NCBI RefSeq assembly: GCF_006345805.1
Contig: NC_043006.1
Coordinates: forward strand, 89,714,001-89,778,000
Source of the DNA: Octopus sinensis
Lineage: Eukaryota
Direction: 5' to 3'
Length of the DNA stretch: 64,000 nt
Part shown: in pieces, positions 1-12,471 of the stretch
How positions within the stretch are numbered: position 1 is the first letter of the stretch
Layout of the letters: the number at the start of each line of letters is the position of its first letter
The notes under the pieces: generated by a model
Told to the model about the DNA's origin: nothing
The model's input: the letters and a program-made list of their open reading frames with translations, nothing else
Databases searched by the model: none
Position numbers and translations under genes: made by a program

Positions 1-284
1 TTATCAAAGTTGTTTTATATTCTATAATTTTCACAGACAATAAATACGATACTATTTGTTATTGCCTGAGATTTTGGTGTAATTTGAGAGGATAATACAA
101 AAGTTATGGATGATTTAGTGATTTACTGCAAAACCCATGGCAGCCAAAATGATCAGAACAGTTGCTTTTACTCCGTGTTTTAGTATATTTAACCGGCGAA
201 CTCTAATGTTTTGAATTTGTTTATGTGACAGTTCGTTTACTAAACATTAGTAAGAATATTTGCACTTTGTACTTTGTTAATATA

Positions 285-1301
285 ATGCCACTTACTCCGT
301 AACCAATTCGTCAGCAGATTATTAAGCTTCAAAGGAAGGATAATTTAAGTATTGGATCTTTTGCAAAGATTGTTAACAAGTCAAAAAGTGTTGTACACGG
401 TATTCTTAAGGTCTACGATGATTGTGGTTCATGTGAAGCAAGAAAGTTTGCAGGTAGGCCAAGAAAAACGACCAAGAGAGAAGATCGTGCTATAGTAAAG
501 TTGGTTAAAAAGGACAGATTTAAAACTGCTGCTGCTGTTTCTCAGAAAATAAGCATTGTATTGAAGAAAACTTTATCTTGAAAAACTGTGTCTCGTCGTT
601 TAGTTGAACATGACCTACAAGCAAGAGCACCTGCAGTGAAGCCACTGATCAGCTCCAAGAATAAAAAGTGTCGTCTTACCTTTGCAACCGAGCATGTGTT
701 GTGGTTTCAAGAAAAATGGCAAACGGTGCATTTCAGTGATGAATCTAAGTTTATGTTATTTGGCTCAGATGGGAAAAGGTACGTTTGTAGAAAAGTAGGT
801 GAAAATTTGTCGCCTAAATGCCTTAAGACTAGTGTTAAATTCGGTGGAGGAAGTGTCATGGTTTGGGGAATGATATCTGGAGATGGTGTGGACCCTTTGG
901 TGCGATTACATGGAAAGGTAAATGCAGGAGTTTATAAACAACTTGTAAAAGATCATGTCTTGCATGTGCTGAGAAATTCAACTAAGCGACAACCCATATT
1001 CATGCAGGACAATGCCCCATGTCACAAGGCTAAGGTGGTCATGAACTTCCTCAAGGATGAAAAGGTTATTGTTATGGATTAGCCTGCTCAAAGCCCAGAT
1101 CTCAATCCTATTGAAAATGTATGGAATATTCTAGGAGAACGTTCGAAAGCCAGAAATCCTAAAACAACTGAGCAATTATGGAATGCCCTTCAGGAAGAAT
1201 GGAATAAGATCACCCAGCAAGAAATTGAAAATTTAATTTCCTCATGCAGTCGAAGATGTCAGAGTGTGATTGAAGCTAATGGGCTTCACACTAAATATTA
1301 A
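285..1301 (+). pseudogene. Tc1/DD34E transposase pseudogene
   Basis: One frame runs from ATG 285 to TAA 1299-1301 with in-frame stops at ~300, ~579 and 1080. Motifs: GRPRKT, FSDESKF, VMVWG, QDNAPCH, (W)PAQSPDLNPIENVW. There are 34 residues between the second D and the E. Confidence 0.92.
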
Positions 1302-1347
1302 ATAATTCCAGTATTCTCTGTCATTTTTGATTATTTTGTTATTTTTT

Positions 1348-1571
1348 CAACCGTTCTGATCCTTTTGGCCACCATGGGTTTTGCAGTAAATCACTAAATC
1401 ATCCATAACTTTTGTATTATCCTCTCAAATTACACCAAAATCTCAGACAATAACAATTAATATTGTATTTATTGTCTGTGAAAATTATAGAATATAAAAC
1501 AACTTTGATAAAAACTTATACTTACTTTTCTGACGAAAACAATGCCGTTCTGAACATTTTGGCTGCAACTG
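1348..1571. repeat. Right terminal inverted repeat of Tc1 (~224 bp) with inner and outer direct repeats
   Basis: Inner CCGTTCTGATCCTTTTGGC (1351) resembles outer CCGTTCTGAACATTTTGGC (~1546). Confidence 0.85.
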
Positions 1572-1573
1572 TA

Positions 1574-1662
1574 TTTGTGTCTGTGTTTGTGCCTCCACCA
1601 TCACTTGACAACTGATGTTAGTGTGTTTACGTCCCCATAACTTAGCGGTTTGATGAAAGAGA
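1574..1662 (+). mobile_element. 3' half of SINE family A interrupted by the Tc1 insertion
   Basis: Closely matches the post-microsatellite half of the SINE at ~2605-2715. Confidence 0.75.
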
Positions 1663-2458
1663 CCAATAGAATTCCTTCTGGTGGTTTAGCATGTAGCATA
1701 TGAAAATAGCGGTTATTTTGTCAAATGATCTGTGTTCTTAATTTGTTCAATTATATGTTAACCCTTTCGTTATTGTATTTATTTTGAGAAGCTCTAAATA
1801 TAACAAACAAATTAGTAAAATAGCATCGTTATCATTAAGCTAGTGTTAGGAACATGGATTGTGACTAAGGTTTGGTGGAAGATTTTAATTGAAAACTTAT
1901 GATAACAGGACATTTGTACTCAGAGCCAGAGCTGGTTTCAGCTGGGTTGGTAACAAAAGGGTTAAAGGTGGTTAGTGTGCTTCTATTTCAAAATTTTTTT
2001 TTTTTAATTCTAGGAATGGTGCCTTGTTTTTATGTTTACATGATACAATGACTTCAGAGTGCCGATTAATTATGTCTTCTCTGGATGTAATGATCAGACA
2101 CAAGTTGCACAGAGCCTCAGTTAAACATCCATTAATGCTATATCACCTGAAAAAAATGAATGCATGAACATAATTTATCTGATGTCCATGAATTCTATGG
2201 ATTGTACTGTAATCATTCCTGGACTATGATCTTGAGAAACATGTGATTTGTGGAAATGCATGTAGCGATGCATTAAAATATTTATAAATTCCACTCAAGG
2301 ATTATTATTATTACCATAGTTATCCTACATTATATCAGACAAGTTCAGTGCGATCCAAAAAAACTGGTATTGCCATTTGGCATCATTAGGTTGCAGCCGG
2401 CATAATAGAATAACAGCTTTTATGTGCATACTCAAAACATTTTCCATAAATGGCACAG

Positions 2459-2826
2459 AAGTGGCTGTGTGGTAAGTAGCTTGCTTACCAATCACATGGT
2501 TCTGGGTTTGATCCCACTGTGTGGCACCTTGGGCAAGTGTCTTCTATTAAAGCCTTGTGAGTGGATTTGGTAGATGGAGACTGAAAGAAGCCTGTTGTAT
2601 ATATATATATGTGTGTTTGTGTGTCTGTGTTTGTTCCCCCACCATCTCTTGACAACTGATGTTAGTGTGTTTACATCCCCATAACTTAGCGGTTTGACAA
2701 AAGAGACCAATAGAATAAGTTCTAACCTTACAAAGAATAAGTCCAGGGAGGATCGATTTGTTTGACTAAAGGGTGTGCTCCCGCATGGCTGCAGTCAAAT
2801 GACGAAAACAAATAAAAGAATAAATA
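2459..2826 (+). mobile_element. tRNA-derived SINE family A with internal (TA)n(TG)n
   Basis: The head GTGGCTGTGTGGTAAG...GGGTTTGATCCC has A/B-box-like motifs. The same body recurs many times in the window. Confidence 0.8.
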
Positions 2827-2855
2827 AGACAAAAGAATACAAATGAACTTAAAGG

Positions 2856-2890
<35 letters not shown>

Positions 2891-2896
2891 ATTATA

Positions 2897-3388
2897 TATA
2901 GATGTTTTCGATCTAGTTTGGATTCGTTGCAATCAAAGTTGAATTTTTCAATTGGTGCTCAAGCCTTGAAAAAAAGAGAGAGAGTTAAACTACATCAGCC
3001 GCAAGGGAATACATGTCTATCTTATCTAACTCGTCCAGTAGAGCTGACCAATTGATATCTGAAAAGTTCGATGAAATAACTCATGAACACTGCGATAGCA
3101 AGGGGAGATAATAAATGAATGATTCTTTTTCTATTATCTCCCCTTGTTGAGACCGGTCGACATAACAGAACATCTTTTGGCAGAAGCTATCGCAGTGTTC
3201 ATGAGTTATTTCATCGAACTTTTCAGATATCAATTGGTCATCTCTACTGGACGAGTTAGATAAGATAGACATGTATTCCCTTGCGGCTGATGTAGTTTAA
3301 CTCTCTCTCTTTTTTTCAAGGCTTGAGCACCAATTGAAAAATTCGACTTTGATTGCAACGAATCCAAACTAGATCGAAAACATCTATA
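2897..3388. repeat. Fold-back palindrome: 202-bp arms, inner 15-bp hairpin, 40-nt one-sided insert
   Basis: 2897-3098 is the reverse complement of 3187-3388 (about 2 substitutions). 3099-3113 pairs with 3132-3146. 3147-3186 is unpaired. Confidence 0.93.
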
Positions 3389-4630
3389 AAACAACATGAA
3401 AATCAGATCTTTATTTGATGATTACACCATACTTCATTGATGATTGTTTCTCGTGCATCAGCTTATTTAAGTGTAGGAAAGGGGTACAAAATACCAGACA
3501 AAGCAATATCTCTGAAAATTTATGCTAACACAATGTTATCAAGGTAACCCAAAACCAGTTAAATTGAAAGCAAGCTGAAATAATATCTATAATACATGAG
3601 TGCATACAAAAAGAACATTAAGAAGTATAATAGTCTAAGAAAAGCCAGTTTAGTATTTAAACATCTGATGATGTCAGGAGATATTGAAAGATCCTATGAT
3701 CATGAGATTTAGTAATCTAGCTATTTATGTATGCTAAAAAAGTTTAGGAAAAGAATCCAACCTGTGGAAAACTCTGCCATTTGGCTTTTGGTCTCTGTTC
3801 ACTGTGACATATTCTTCAACTGTATTTAGCACCAACTTGGGATATTATGATTCTTGGAGCTGAGGGATCTATGCGGAAGCAAAGTCTCTCTCCCCCCAAC
3901 CCTGCCACCAAGTAGGTCAAGGCTGGATTTCAATCCAGAATACAAAACGTCAGAAGAAATTCCACAAGGCATCTGCTGCAATAATTCTACAACCAATCTA
4001 CATCCCTGCATTGGGATGTTTAAATCAATCCTCAAAGGATGAAAAATGAAGTTCAATTTGATGAAATTTGAACTCAAGTTGCAATGGTGTGGCTGTGCAG
4101 TTAATAAGGTTACTTCAAATTCAATCTCACTGTGTGGAACTTTGGGCAAGGGCAAGTGCTTTCTACTATAACCCTAGGCTGCCCAAAGCCTTGTGAGTGG
4201 ATTTGGTAGATGGAAGCTAAAAAAAGTCTATTGTGTGCATGTGTGTAATGGGTGTGTGAGTGTATTTATTTGTATCTCACTGTTGTGACATCCTCTCATA
4301 GTTGCAAGTGAAACCCACAAGCATATAAGCAGTATCATTCATTACCAATATTCTATGAAAATATGTTTAGCCATGGGGGAATTTTTGCTTGGAAACAGGT
4401 AAGGGTTAGTGAGACGAAGGGCATCTGGACACAGAAAATATACCTCAATAAATTCTATCTGAGACTAGTGAAAGCATAGAAGAGTGGATGTTAAATGATG
4501 ATTCTATCAGATGCTGAAATGAACTTGTTTCTAGGATACAAAAGGGAATTGGTTTGAGGCTTCCAAAAGAAACTGGTCAATATTGAACTACCAGAAAGAA
4601 ATCAGTTAATTCAATTGATTAAGACCCCCT

Positions 4631-5010
4631 TAAGTAGCTTGCTTACCAATCACATGGTTTTGGGTTCAGTCCCACTGCATGGCACCTTGGGCAAGTGTCT
4701 TCTACTATAGCTTCGGGTCGACCAAAGCCTTGTGAGTGGATTTGGTAGACAGAAACTGAAAAGAAGCCCATTGTATATATGTATATGTGTATATATATAT
4801 GTGTGTGTGTTTGTGTGTCTGTGTTTGTCCCCCCCAACATTGCTTGACAACTGATGCTGGTGTGTTTATGTCCCCTGTAACTTAGCGGTTTGGCAAAAGA
4901 GACTAAGACTAGGCTCATAAAGAATAAGTCCTAAGGTCGATTTGCTCGAATAAAGGCAGTGCTCCAGCATGGCCACAATCAAATGACTGAAACAAGTAAA
5001 AGAGTAAAGA
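4631..5010 (+). mobile_element. SINE family A
   Basis: Same head, body and tail as 2459-2826 and 35439-35822. Confidence 0.8.
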
Positions 5011-5881
5011 GAGTAAGAGAGTATATATATATATATATATATGAAATGAGTAAAAGCTAGAACAGGTCTGACTATTAATTTCAATTTTCAGGCTTCTCTT
5101 TTGTGAAATATGCCTCAATCAGTATCTTCTTTGTCTTATCGTATTCAGTCTCTACATATAAACATACTTTTTGGCTGATTTCAAGCTGAAAATATTTATT
5201 TCTTATTTAGGGTTTCATTCCACGCCATAGTAACTTACTAAACCATAAAGTCATAGAATTGAAAATAGATTGATTTTCCATGGAATCGAAACAGATTGTA
5301 CATTATTTTGAAAAGAGAAACATGAAAGAGGAAAATTGCTTAAATATTACTGACTTATGAGATTCAAATGGAATATTTAGTCAGAAATGAAGAAATGAAG
5401 AAAGGTTAGCATTGATCAAACAAGCCATTGTTTAAAGATGTTCCTGCCATGCTTATTTTTAAATGTTGTCTATCTCGGACTACATTTTTCGATGTATTCT
5501 TACATTAAGAAGCTTGCTTTGCAATGATGTGTTTAAAGGATCAATACTGCTGCGTAACACCTTGAACAAATGTTTTCAACAGCAATCTCATCGGCTTAGC
5601 AATGCCTTGTGAGTAGATTTGGTAGACAGAAGCTGCATGGGTGTCTGTCATGTGTATGTATATACATACATATATGCATATGTGTGTGTGTGTGTATTTC
5701 TCTAGCTGTCAGTTTAAAAACTGGAAATGTATCAAATTAACAGAATAAACTGCTTGGATGCTGATGGTTCAACATGACAGACCAGATATTCGAACTGTTT
5801 TGGTGGCAATACACACACACGTGTGTGTGTCTATGTGCATAGAAGTATATATACATACAGGTAGAGTGAATGAGAGAGGTG

Positions 5882-5917
<36 letters not shown>

Positions 5918-6952
5918 TGCAATTTATTAATTGAACACAACATAAACACTTTCCCTCTCCTTATAGGCATAGAACAATATGCTCACACAAATAGAGAAAG
6001 AGGACAGAGACAGACAGAAGAGGGGAGAGAAAGATAAGAGAGAGAGAGAGAGGAAGGGAAAGTGAGAAAAACATTAAAATAAGGGAAGCATCAAGATGTC
6101 TGATGTCAAATAAGTGAGCATTGAAACAGCCAAGTCAAAATGTCTCACAGACTCAGCTTAATTCTTAGAGGAATTGGCTGATCACTGGATAGAACTCCTC
6201 CCCCTCTCTTGCCCCTTTCTCTCTCTTTCATTTGTATGCCATTGTGGAAACCATAACTACTACTCCTAAATAATTTGTAACAATAAACAGCAACGCCTCT
6301 CTTACAAGGATGAATAACATGAGGTGCTGGCATATGTCAGTGGGAGTTTGACAAACATTTAACAGAATGAAATGATGACTGAAAGATTTTAATCAATAGT
6401 AGGAAATAAATATTATATAGTACCCAAGATCTTTACAATTTTCTGAATTTCAGATTGCATTAAAAAATATATAAAAAAAAAACAAGAAATAAAAAAAAAT
6501 ACAAAAACCTCCAGCAGTGTTTAAATATAAAGAAGTTATGTTTCATTTCTAAAATGAGTCGTTATTGAAGTTCTTTGAAGATATAATGACATATGTTATG
6601 TTTTTTGTTTGTTTTTTTAATGGTTTGTTTCTCAGTGTGATGTAAAAATTTGTTTAGAATTTGAATGGAGGAACAATCAAAATGGTTTCTGTGTTACTGT
6701 TTTCTTTTTCATTTTTAATAGAATTGTAAGACAATACAAAACAAAGAAACACAGAAGAGACTTCAGTGCTTCTGATTTTATCATTCTATTATCCTAAACA
6801 AAATAACCATGCCATTTAACTCACATTGGTACAGTCAAGTGGTGAATAAGTACCTTGGTGGGGTACCTATTTGTAAAAAGCAGATATACTCCATTATTTG
6901 TAAAAAGCTAAACTACTGTATGATGCTGTTAAATAATAATAATAATGATGAT

Positions 6953-7195
6953 GGAGCATGGGAACAGTAAGCCAAGATGTAGAGAAATGGCTGAAGGAGA
7001 CTGAAATAGAATGTTCGGTAGAGCTCCTCCAGAAAGTTTGTCTCTTAGGGACAGCAAGGATTATCAAGAAGGTTCTAAGCACTTATAAGACTTCTAGAAA
7101 TGAGTGGATACCTAAGGTTACAGGTAGCAACCCACTGCCCACATAAATAGAACCAGGAATAAGTCCAAACCTGAGCTTTGTTTCAAGAATAATTA
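6953..7195 (+). mobile_element. 3' end fragment of an R4/Dong-like (restriction-like endonuclease) non-LTR retrotransposon
   Basis: Translates GTVSQDVEKWLKETEIECSVELLQKVCLLGTARIIKKVL, the C-terminal LQK..LLGTA.I motif. Adjoins a TAA repeat. Confidence 0.65.
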
Positions 7196-7202
7196 TAATA
7201 AT

Positions 7203-7391
7203 GCTTTCAAATTTTGCCACAAGGGCTGAAGCCTTTAGGGAAGAGGATGAGTTTATTACTTATTTTATCAACCTTGAACGGATGAAAGGCAAAGTCGACC
7301 TCAGCAGAATTAGAACTCAGGATGTAAAGATGGACAAAATGCCACTAAGCATTTTAGCCTGGTGTGCTAACAATTCTGCCAGCTTGCCATC

Positions 7392-7392
<1 letters not shown>
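7203..7392 (-). mobile_element. SINE family B
   Basis: Reverse complement of the ...GAGTTCTAATTCTGCTGAGGTCGACTTTGCCTTTCATCC... family also seen at 20488 and 53845. Confidence 0.6.
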
Positions 7393-7427
<35 letters not shown>

Positions 7428-7430
<3 letters not shown>

Positions 7431-8813
7431 GTAAATTGTAGGGGCATAGAATTGCCAAATGGAGAGAGAATGGAAGACCCGGATGATGATGGGTACAAGA
7501 ACCTTGGGATCCTTGAGCTGGACAATATCTTGCATAGAGAAACGAAAGACAAGACCATCACTGCATATTTCAAGCACCTCAAACTTCTCTTGAAATCAAA
7601 ACTCAACTCCAAGAACCTCGTGACTGCCATCAACTGTAGTCCACTATAATGCTCCCATCCTGAAATGGACACAAGTGGAGATTGACCAACTCAGTCGCAC
7701 TACCCAAAAGACAATGGCAATGTATGGTACCCTCCACCCTAAGGCGAATGTACACAGGCTCTACATGAAGAGGGGTAAAGGTGGGCGTGGGCTGATTAGC
7801 ATACAAGAGTGCATCAACAGTGAAAGAAGAAGCATGGCAGAATATTTGGTAAACAGCAAACAAGATCTAATGCAGAAGGATTTACCAAAAATGGACTTGA
7901 GAGTGCTCATGAATTCTAGTCATGAATAGCCGACAAGAGAGAAGAAACTCTACTCTGCATGGAATTACATGGTTAGTTCCACCATGCAACCAACAAATTA
8001 AAAGACCAGGAAGCATCATGGAGGTGGCTCGGCAAGGGTGACGTAAAAATGAAGACTGAAAGCATAATCATTGCTGCCCAGGATCAGGCACTGAATACCA
8101 ACTCAGTGAAAAAGAGATATATAGCACACAAGTGCAATGGACCTCTGCAGAATGTGTGGGAAGAGGGTCGAAAGTGTGACTCACATTGTTAAAGCTTGTG
8201 AAAGTCTTGCACAGAAAGAGTACAAGTGCAGACATGACAAGATAGCACAAAATGTTCACTAGCTACGATGCCAGAAGTATGGATACAAGGTAATGGGTGC
8301 TTGGTACCAGCATATACCACAAAAAGATAATAGATGAAAATGGGAAGGCACTTTGACTTCCAGACAGACAAGGTGTTAGAGCACTGAAGTTCAGATAGAG
8401 AAATCTTTAGGAGGGACAAACAAGAGTACCTAATAATTGATGTGGCAGTGCCAGGAGATCAACATATCATCATAAGAGAAAGAGGAAAGGTTGATAAATA
8501 TGGAGGCCTGAGAATTGAGATTGCTAAGATGTGGCAGCCATGAGAGTCAAACATAAAGGTTGTCTCTATTGTCATCAGAGCATTGGGTTCAATACCACCC
8601 AATCTGAAAAAACATCTGAAAACTTTAGAAATACCCTACAATCTAGGTGTATTGCAAAAGTCAGCATTACTTGGAACTGCACTCATATTGTGTAAAGTAC
8701 TGTTTAGTCTGAGGTCCTTGTTATGACTTGACAGACAGTACAAACCCCTGGTAGACACAATATCTTCAATCAACAACGTCATGATATTGGATCTTGGATA
8801 CTGTGCAACACCT
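7428..8813 (+). mobile_element. 5'-truncated, decayed R4/Dong-like retrotransposon in a (TAA)n tract
   Basis: RT-thumb LHPKANVHRLY...GGRGL, IIAAQDQALNTN, a CCHC region, RHD, PD...IIDVAVPGD and LQKSALLGTA motifs, with stops and frameshifts. (TAA)n lies at 7393-7427 and 8814-8834. Confidence 0.8.
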
Positions 8814-9442
8814 TAAATAATAATAATAATAATAACAACAACAACAATGGTGGCCAAATCTATTTCAAATCACAAAAAAAGGACATAAAGAATAATTTAG
8901 TCCAAGATAGACTAAGGTCTGCTTGATTGGGGCTGTCCTAAGACTACACAACAATAAGACATATACCACATAAATTTAAATATTGATCTATAGACTTCAA
9001 TTTTATGAAACTATTATTTATTTCTAATCTTGACACGAGGCAAGTAACTTTAAGGGGAGGGGGAGTCAATTACATTAATCCTAGGGTGCAAATGGTATTT
9101 TGTCAAGTTCAAAAGGATGAAGGGCAGTTAACCTTGATGGCATTTCAACTTGAACAGAATGAGCTGGAAAAAATACTGTTAAGTCTGGCATGGTACCATT
9201 TCTGCTAGTGTGCTACAGTTTGTGAAATTAATGACATTGAGAAGTATTCTAAGCAGCCCCGCTTGAGTAAATGTTCCAACCTTTGAGTAAGCAGAGTTGT
9301 TGGTTTACTGGAAAGTCTTATAAAAGAGAAAAAAAAAAGCATTGTTAATCAATCAAGGAAAACTGTTGAACTTCTAAGCAAAAGAATAGAGAAATAACAG
9401 TCAAAGTTGTTGTCTCAGTTTTTAATATATACACATGTGTAC

Positions 9443-9782
9443 AGGCATGGCTGTATGGTTAAGAAGCTGCCTTTGTGACAACATAGTTTGGGCTTCAGTT
9501 CCACTGTGCAGTACCTTGGGCAAGTGTCTTCTACTGCTGCCCAAAGTTGACCAGTGTGTTGTGAGTAAATTTTATGAGTGGAAACTGTGTGGAAGCCCAT
9601 GTACATGTGTGAACGTGTGTGTCATTGCACTTTTGATGTTTGTTTATGTCCCCCATAGCTTAGCAGTTCAGTAAAAGAGACTGACAGACTTAAAATTAAG
9701 TGTTAGGATTGGTTTGTTCCATGAAAGCTTTCAGTGTGGTGCTCCGGCATGGCTGTAGCCCAATGACTAAATCAAGTACAAG
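9443..9782 (+). mobile_element. SINE family A (diverged)
   Basis: Head and tail similarity to the other family A copies. Confidence 0.7.
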
Positions 9783-10299
9783 AAAAAATATATACTTGTG
9801 TGTATGAAAGCTACCATTACAGTTTCTTCACCTGAGATTGTCAAACCAAAAAGCAGTGATGTCATATTTATATTAACTGTGTAGAATACACCTTGTACTG
9901 CTGTGGAAGTCCCTTGAAAAGCAGGTAAGTGTTGGGCATCTGGGTGCTTCAAATAAATACCCATCAAACCCATACCAGTATCGAAAATCAGATGTAAAAC
10001 ACTGAAGCAAACTGGTCAAATAAGGACATTTTGTGAAAAAATAAAAAACATTTTCTTTTCTTATTTTCAGTGTACCATTTGTTTTGTATGTTTTTTTTTC
10101 TTTTTATGATTTGAAATTTTGTATCAATAAAACTGAGATATTTTCATAGATTGAATACAAAATTCAGATTTTTTCTCCTTTGTAATCTAGAATTGAAATT
10201 CAAACTTGAATTAAAATTCACTAAAAATAAAACAAATTTAAAATGAAATTGATATAAATTTTAATTTAATTTAATTTAATTTACAAATTTCAATTTCAG

Positions 10300-10580
10300 A
10301 TGTTTTCCACAAGTGGTGTATGCGAGAGATTCGAAATAAAGGTCTCAGACGGAGACCTTTCAGTGGTAATGGATCCTTCGACACATCCCGACCCGAACAC
10401 TAGAAATGGCAGCTGCTTCTCCCCTACCTTAACAACGTGCTCACGCGTCTTACTCCCTCAGCGACCTCGATCGAAAAGGCCGAATCCTGCCCTGCCTGCA
10501 CGCGCGTCACTCCTGCCCCTTCCGGTAAGCCCAAGTTCCGGTCAGCTCCCCAGCTGCTGACGTCATCCCACACCACACCG
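10300..10580. promoter_or_regulatory. CpG-island-like putative promoter / first exon
   Basis: An isolated GC- and CpG-rich patch in very AT-rich flanks. TGACGTCA (CRE) at ~10559-10566, two TTCCGG (ETS-like) sites at 10520 and ~10535. Splice-donor-like sites on both strands (CCG|GTAAGC at 10525 +, AAG|GTAGGG at 10427 -). Confidence 0.45.
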
Positions 10581-11019
10581 ATTTTAGTTTGTTAAAAACA
10601 AAACTAAAAAAGAAATTAATCAGTTTTATTAATTTTAAATTTCAAATAAAAAAAAAAAACGAGAAATGAAAATGACAGAAAAAAATTATAATTGAACCCA
10701 AATGCACATTCCTGACAAAAACCAATCAATATTTTTAATTTTTAAAATGACACTAACAACTATAAAAGAGAATAAACAACATAGACAATAACAGAGCTAA
10801 AAGTAATATCAATGGTAATGAAGACTTCCTTGTGATTGTAGCTAAAACTCCAAATAGGAGCTCACGGCATTGACATTATTGATCATCTTGAGTCAGAAAT
10901 GGAAAGGGATGGAAATAGATTTTATAAGGTTCACATATCATCATTACTTATTCATCTCCTTAAACATTTATCTGATTGATTTATAACATCAGCACACAAG
11001 ACCATAATGAGATCAACCC

Positions 11020-11165
11020 TAGCACATTACTGGTAGTGTGTTTTATATCTAGCCCAGAAGGATGAAAGACAAAATTGATCTTAGTGGTGTTTGAACTCAG
11101 AAAGGAATTGACAAGAACAAAATATTGCAAGACATTTTGTCTTAAACTCTATCTCTGCTGCCGCT
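11020..11165 (-). mobile_element. SINE family B (diverged)
   Basis: Similar to 7203-7392 and 36955-37155. Confidence 0.5.
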
Positions 11166-12390
11166 GCCATCACTGCCACCGTGTTGTCATTCTCATCATC
11201 ATCCTCACAATCATTTAACATCTGCTTTCCATACTGGTATGACTTGGAGGGGTTATCACATTCCAAATAATTTCATATTTACAGTTACCATTCTCATAGA
11301 CTGGTGCTTGTGCAAGTCATTTGGCTTGGTTTCTATGGCTACATGCTCTTCCTGTCACCAAACCACTTTACAGAATGTATTGGATGTCTTTTGCTATGGC
11401 ACCAGTTCTGGTAAGATTGAATAGTCTTTGAAGAAAAAAATGGACATCGCAGTCCCATGCTTTTTCTGATCATCTTTTATCAACCACTTTAGAGTGCATA
11501 TTGAGTGCATTCTTCAAAGCACCAGTTCTACAGAAGTAGTCTTGCTCATCAATCATCTGCAGAGGGAATGCTGCAGGAAGTGAGGTTGGGTGGTGGGGGT
11601 TCTGACAAGGCACCAACATAGAATAGGTGGAGGTGGGGGTGCTTTATGCATAGTGAATGTAGAGAGAGCAGAGAAACCAAAAGTTGGCAGCTGAAGGACG
11701 GGCTGCCAATCCATAATCAAAACATTAATTTATTTGGGAACAACTAAATTCCAGCAAATGTTTGGTAAATTTTATGTTCAGAATTAGGAACTTAAAACTT
11801 CAATAAATCTTAATATTTTATTGAATTACTGCTAAAGATATTGTCTTCCTGAAGAATGTTATGAAGGCAAGTCAGTTACATGGCACCAATTCCTCTACAA
11901 GATATTTACCAAAGCTGGAAACAAGAGGTGTGAAGTGTACATGAAAAGTAATAATTCAACTAGGAATTGAACCCATGTTGCAGTCCTTGCTCAACAAGTG
12001 CTTATGACCATTCTATGGTTCTTGCACATATTCAGATGTAAACCTCCTTCTAAATCCAGAATGAAGAATATTTTAAAGAGTGTTGGATAAAGAAAAGATT
12101 GCATGAAATGTTGGAATGTAATAAATGGTGATATTAGAGGTTGATGCAACACAAGGCAAAAAGAGGCAAAGTGAATCTTCTGAATGTGTTTAGCAAGAAA
12201 ACAAAAAAAAAAAACAAAAAAAAAACTCTCAATTCATTAAGATAATATATGAGGTGAAGGGAACCAAAATTTACAGAAAGTGTGAAGAACTGCTATGTAT
12301 AATCATTAACTAAGATGTGCAATACATAGGTATATTTTTATATATATATTCCTTTGTTTACATACACACACAAACACATGTATATATTTA

Positions 12391-12471
<81 letters not shown>

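Larger units (their letters stand above)
1..1571 (+). mobile_element. Tc1-family DNA transposon with long IR/DR-type terminal inverted repeats (left end ~60 bp upstream of window)
   Basis: Bases 1-164 are the reverse complement of 1348-1511. The right IR continues to ...GCAACTG at 1571, followed by TA (1572-1573). A Tc1 transposase lies between the IRs. Confidence 0.92.
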
